A stretch of DNA of 64,000 nt, taken from contig JAEUSK010000272.1 of the NCBI GenBank assembly GCA_016787925.1, positions 12,668 through 76,667 of the forward strand, written 5' to 3'. Of this stretch, positions 60,853-64,000 are shown piece by piece; the first letter of the stretch is position 1, and every line of letters begins with the position of its first letter. Under the pieces are notes generated by a model. It was given only the letters and a program-made list of their open reading frames with translations. It was not told where the DNA came from and made no database searches. The translations under genes and the position numbers were made by a program. Source of the stretch: a bacterium (GTDB lineage Bacteria > CLD3 > SB21).

Positions 60853-61461
60853 TCAAGATTGAGCGGGCGTATTTTCCGCAGCTTTGGCAGCCGCTTTCTT
60901 CAAACGCTCTTCGTATTCTTTTTTATTTATAACTTCCACTATTTCCCGTTCCCTCGGTGAAATGATCGGCTTATATTCCGCGCCGGTTTGTCTTCGGCTT
61001 TCTTCATAAAGGTCATTGTTGTGCTTCATATCCTTGACCAGTATCATGTCCATAGCGGCGCGGTCATACATGGACACGTCATAATCGTGCGACATCACGA
61101 TGGCGTCAAAATTACAGGCCTCTATGCAGAGATTGCAAAATTCACACTTCACATAATCCAGGATAAATTCCTTGGCAATTCGTTTTTTTGTCGGATCAGG
61201 ATGTTTTTCATTCGTCACCTGAATACATGACACGGGACAAACTACTACGCACGCCATACACGCAACGCATTTTGTGTAGCTTGAAAATTCGCCTTCCGTT
61301 TCATACATCATCTTTACGTAACCGATATAGCGGTCGGCAAGCTGTTTACGATCTTCAGGATATTCAACGGTCGTTTTTGTTTTGAACATGTATTTGAAGG
61401 TCACGCCTAAACCAACTAACAAATTCCAAAAACCGGACAATATGCTGATTAAATATTTCAC
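60853..61461 (-). CDS. nuoI: NADH-quinone oxidoreductase subunit I (2x[4Fe-4S])
   Basis: Two ferredoxin motifs: CVACMACVVVCP and CEFCNLCIEACN. Confidence 0.85.
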   Translation of the reverse strand: MKYLISILSGFWNLLVGLGVTFKYMFKTKTTVEYPEDRKQLADRYIGYVKMMYETEGEFSSYTKCVACMACVVVCPVSCIQVTNEKHPDPTKKRIAKEFILDYVKCEFCNLCIEACNFDAIVMSHDYDVSMYDRAAMDMILVKDMKHNNDLYEESRRQTGAEYKPIISPREREIVEVINKKEYEERLKKAAAKAAENTPAQS

Positions 61462-61486
61462 GGTAATTAATCCTCGACTTTCAATA

Positions 61487-62467
61487 TTATTTTAAGATCA
61501 AAACGACGGCGCCCGTCGCAACCAGGTTAATAAACGCCAATGGTAACAGCACCTTCCAACCGAATCCCATAAGATGATCAACCCGCATACGGGGGAAAGT
61601 CCATCGAAACCACATCATTAAAAAGATCATGAGATACACTTTTATCATAAACACGGTAATATGAATCCATGCCGGAATGATGGAATTATCAACAAAAGGA
61701 ACAAGCCAGCCGCCTAAGAACAATAATACGATCAAACAGCACGACACGAGCATCGCGGCATATTCACCCAAAAAGAAAAACGCAAACTTAAGTCCGGTAT
61801 ACTCCGTGTGAAAGCCGGCAACCAGCTCTGATTCTGCTTCCGGCAAATCAAACGGCGCTCGGTTAGCTTCCGCAGTTCCTGCGATCAGAAACAGAATAAA
61901 TCCTAACGGCTGGTATACGATAAACCAGGTTTGATTAGCCTGCATCGTCACGATCTCGCGCATGGATAAAGAGCCCGCAATCAGAAACACGCCCAACACG
62001 GCGGTAATCATCGGCACCTCATACGAAACCATTTGCGCAGCCGACCGCATTGCTCCGATCAGGGCATAACGGCTGTTCGATCCATAACCCGCCCAAATGA
62101 TAGAAAATATCACGGAACTTCCGAGCGCAAAAATATATACTGCGCCCATGTCCAAATCACGAATACCGATGGTGTTGGCGATCGGAACCGTAACAAAAGC
62201 GGCAAACGGCGCAACAAAGGCCAATATCGGCGCGAGAAAATAAATGACCTTGTCCGATTGGTCGTTACGAATATTTTCTTTTAGAATCAGTTTCACGATA
62301 TCCGCCGTCGTCTGGAATAAACCAAACGGGCCGACACGATTGGGGCCCAATCGTGACTGCATCCATGCCGATACTTTTCGTTCCATATAAACCAGAATCA
62401 ACGCGTTGAGAGCGATGACTGAAAAAAGAACCACGACCCCGATAATTCCAAACAACAAAATTTCCAT
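61487..62467 (-). CDS. nuoH: NADH-quinone oxidoreductase subunit H
   Basis: ..YMERKVSAWMQSRLGPNRVGPFGLFQ.. ND1 signature; 326 aa. Confidence 0.9.
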   Translation of the reverse strand: MEILLFGIIGVVVLFSVIALNALILVYMERKVSAWMQSRLGPNRVGPFGLFQTTADIVKLILKENIRNDQSDKVIYFLAPILAFVAPFAAFVTVPIANTIGIRDLDMGAVYIFALGSSVIFSIIWAGYGSNSRYALIGAMRSAAQMVSYEVPMITAVLGVFLIAGSLSMREIVTMQANQTWFIVYQPLGFILFLIAGTAEANRAPFDLPEAESELVAGFHTEYTGLKFAFFFLGEYAAMLVSCCLIVLLFLGGWLVPFVDNSIIPAWIHITVFMIKVYLMIFLMMWFRWTFPRMRVDHLMGFGWKVLLPLAFINLVATGAVVLILK

Positions 62468-62514
62468 AACCGATTACTTTTTTACTTCACTTAAGTTTTA
62501 CCCATTAGATTAAT

Positions 62515-63786
62515 TTATCTGTCCACATCCCCAAGTACAATATCTACGCTTCCTAAAATCGCAACAAGGTCGGCTATCTTCCAGCCGACGGTCATCAGCG
62601 GCAGAATCGAAAGATTCGAAAAACTTGGCGTACGGTATTTCACGCGGTTAGGCTTGGTGCTGCCGTCCGACTCCATATACACGCCGTATTCCCCGCGCGG
62701 CGCTTCCTGACGAACATAGACATCGCCGACCGGCGGCTTAATATTGCGGGCAAGTTTTTTTACTTTGTAATCTCCCTCCGGCAATCCGTCCAAAGCCTGA
62801 ATGACGATCTTGGCTGACTCTACCATCTCATCCATACGCACGCGAAAACGGTCGAAACAATCTCCGTTATAATAAACAGGAATATCAAAATCAAATTTCG
62901 GATAAACGGAATACGGTTCTTCTTTTCGCAAGTCCCAGGGCATGCCGCACGCCTTGAGCATCGGGCCTGTGACGCCGTAACTGATCGCCTCTTCCAACGT
63001 TATCGCCCCTACGCCGCGGGTACGTTCGAGAAAAATCGGATTACCGGTGATCAGATTATGATAATCTTCCAGTTTTGCAGGAAGAATATCCAGAAACTCC
63101 CGTACCAATTTATCAAATTTAGGGGTTATATCTTCGGCCACGCCGCCGACGCGAATGTAGCCGTAAGTCAACCGGCTTCCGCAGATTTCTTCGAACATAT
63201 CCAGAATTAATTCTCGTTCACGAAAACCATACAAAAAAGCGGTTACAGCGCCGATATCTGCGCCAAATGCGCCCATCCACATTAGGTGGGAAGCGATACG
63301 ATTGAGTTCCGACACGATCACGCGTAAATATTCCGCGCGTTCCGGCACTTCGATCTTGGCCAATTTCTCGACAGCCACCGCTACGCCCCAATTGGCGTTC
63401 ATAGAACCCAAATAGTCCATGCGATCCGTAAACGGAACGATCTGTTGGTAACTGCGGCTTTCGGATATTTTTTCAAATGTACGGTGCAGGTATCCCAGAT
63501 CAGGATCGCAGCGTTTAATCACTTCGCCTTCCAACGCTACCACGAGACGTAAAACACCGTGCGTGCTGGGGTGCTGCGGCCCGACATTGAGGAGGAACTC
63601 TTCCATTTTAAGTTCGCTCTCGGGACTCTCGCGTAATATCTGTCTTTTTCTTCCCGGGATCTGATCGATCAGCGGTGAATCTGTGCGAAATTGTTTGGAT
63701 GACAGATTCGAAGGCTCTTTTTTTATTTGAGTGTCATGAGACATAATACGTTGTAACTCTCCATGTTCGCCGCCACCGGGTGGCAA
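62515..63786 (-). CDS. nuoD: NADH-quinone oxidoreductase subunit D (49 kDa)
   Basis: LNVGPQHPSTHGVLRL N-terminal signature. Directly upstream of nuoH with no nuoE, nuoF or nuoG between them. The true start may be the internal ATG (MSHDT.., approx. 63744). Confidence 0.9.
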   Translation of the reverse strand: MPPGGGEHGELQRIMSHDTQIKKEPSNLSSKQFRTDSPLIDQIPGRKRQILRESPESELKMEEFLLNVGPQHPSTHGVLRLVVALEGEVIKRCDPDLGYLHRTFEKISESRSYQQIVPFTDRMDYLGSMNANWGVAVAVEKLAKIEVPERAEYLRVIVSELNRIASHLMWMGAFGADIGAVTAFLYGFRERELILDMFEEICGSRLTYGYIRVGGVAEDITPKFDKLVREFLDILPAKLEDYHNLITGNPIFLERTRGVGAITLEEAISYGVTGPMLKACGMPWDLRKEEPYSVYPKFDFDIPVYYNGDCFDRFRVRMDEMVESAKIVIQALDGLPEGDYKVKKLARNIKPPVGDVYVRQEAPRGEYGVYMESDGSTKPNRVKYRTPSFSNLSILPLMTVGWKIADLVAILGSVDIVLGDVDR

Positions 63787-63795
63787 CGGTAGTAA

Positions 63796-64000
63796 TTATT
63801 TGAAATCCGGCTTCTTCACAAAAAATCCAGGCCGTTCGTAATCTTTTCGTAAACCGTGGCCGACAAAATCCGGCGGCGTTAAAATACGCCTTTGATCCGG
63901 ATGCCCCTCGAAATTTACTCCCATCAGGTCATACACTTCTCTCTCAGTCCAGTTTGCGCTTTCCCACCAATGGGTCAACGTGGCGATGGACGGATTCTTT
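63796..64000 (-). CDS. nuoC: NADH-quinone oxidoreductase subunit C (30 kDa), C-terminal part; 5' end beyond the window
   Basis: ..[37 protein letters not shown].. matches the NuoC C-terminal region. The ORF runs open to position 64000. Confidence 0.8.
   Translation of the reverse strand, partial: KNPSIATLTHWWESANWTEREVYDLMGVNFEGHPDQRRILTPPDFVGHGLRKDYERPGFFVKKPDFK

Noticed and set aside
1-64000. Search for tRNA/rRNA genes, CRISPR repeats, IS elements, integrases and toxin-antitoxin pairs.
   Set aside because: Intergenic regions are short or AT-rich without tRNA-like GTTCGA/T-loop motifs. No repeated spacer-repeat periodicity was seen and no transposase-like or recombinase-like ORFs. The region looks like core chromosome.

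Overview
This is a densely coding 64 kb chromosomal window of roughly 48 genes, and it does not look like a mobile element. No rRNA, tRNA, CRISPR array, transposase or integrase was seen. Features that are ordinary housekeeping: an M28 aminopeptidase truncated at the window start, FAD oxidoreductase, NrnA, leucyl aminopeptidase PepA, RNase G, FolE2, glutaminyl cyclase-like M28 peptidase, a BatA/BatB VWA pair, the conserved tilS-hpt-ftsH cluster, a TPR protein, folP-cdaA, pta, dxs, glgC, ispF, a YgfZ-like folate-binding protein, HU, ruvX, yqeY, an M20 peptidase, a solitary histidine ammonia-lyase and parAB. Unusual features include an outer-membrane protein fusing a CsgG-like domain to a beta-barrel, a 1728 aa PorU-like C25 peptidase with PorV (type IX secretion), a YfhO-acylase-ispF operon and a complex I operon of the 11-subunit type running off the window end (nuoC partial, D, H, I, J, K, L, M) that lacks nuoEFG and nuoN. 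The most unusual structure is a four-gene lipid-linked glycosylation cassette (GT-C, SDR epimerase/decarboxylase, GT2, GT-C) spliced with near-zero intergenic gaps between nuoL and nuoM. The T9SS C-terminal sorting domain with PorU/PorV, the 11-subunit Nuo architecture and sigma70-like TTGACA-17-TATTAT promoters suggest an FCB-superphylum bacterium outside classical Bacteroidia, such as an Ignavibacteria-, Calditrichota- or candidate-phylum-like lineage. This taxonomic placement is an inference. All calls come from reading the translations by eye; no database search was run.
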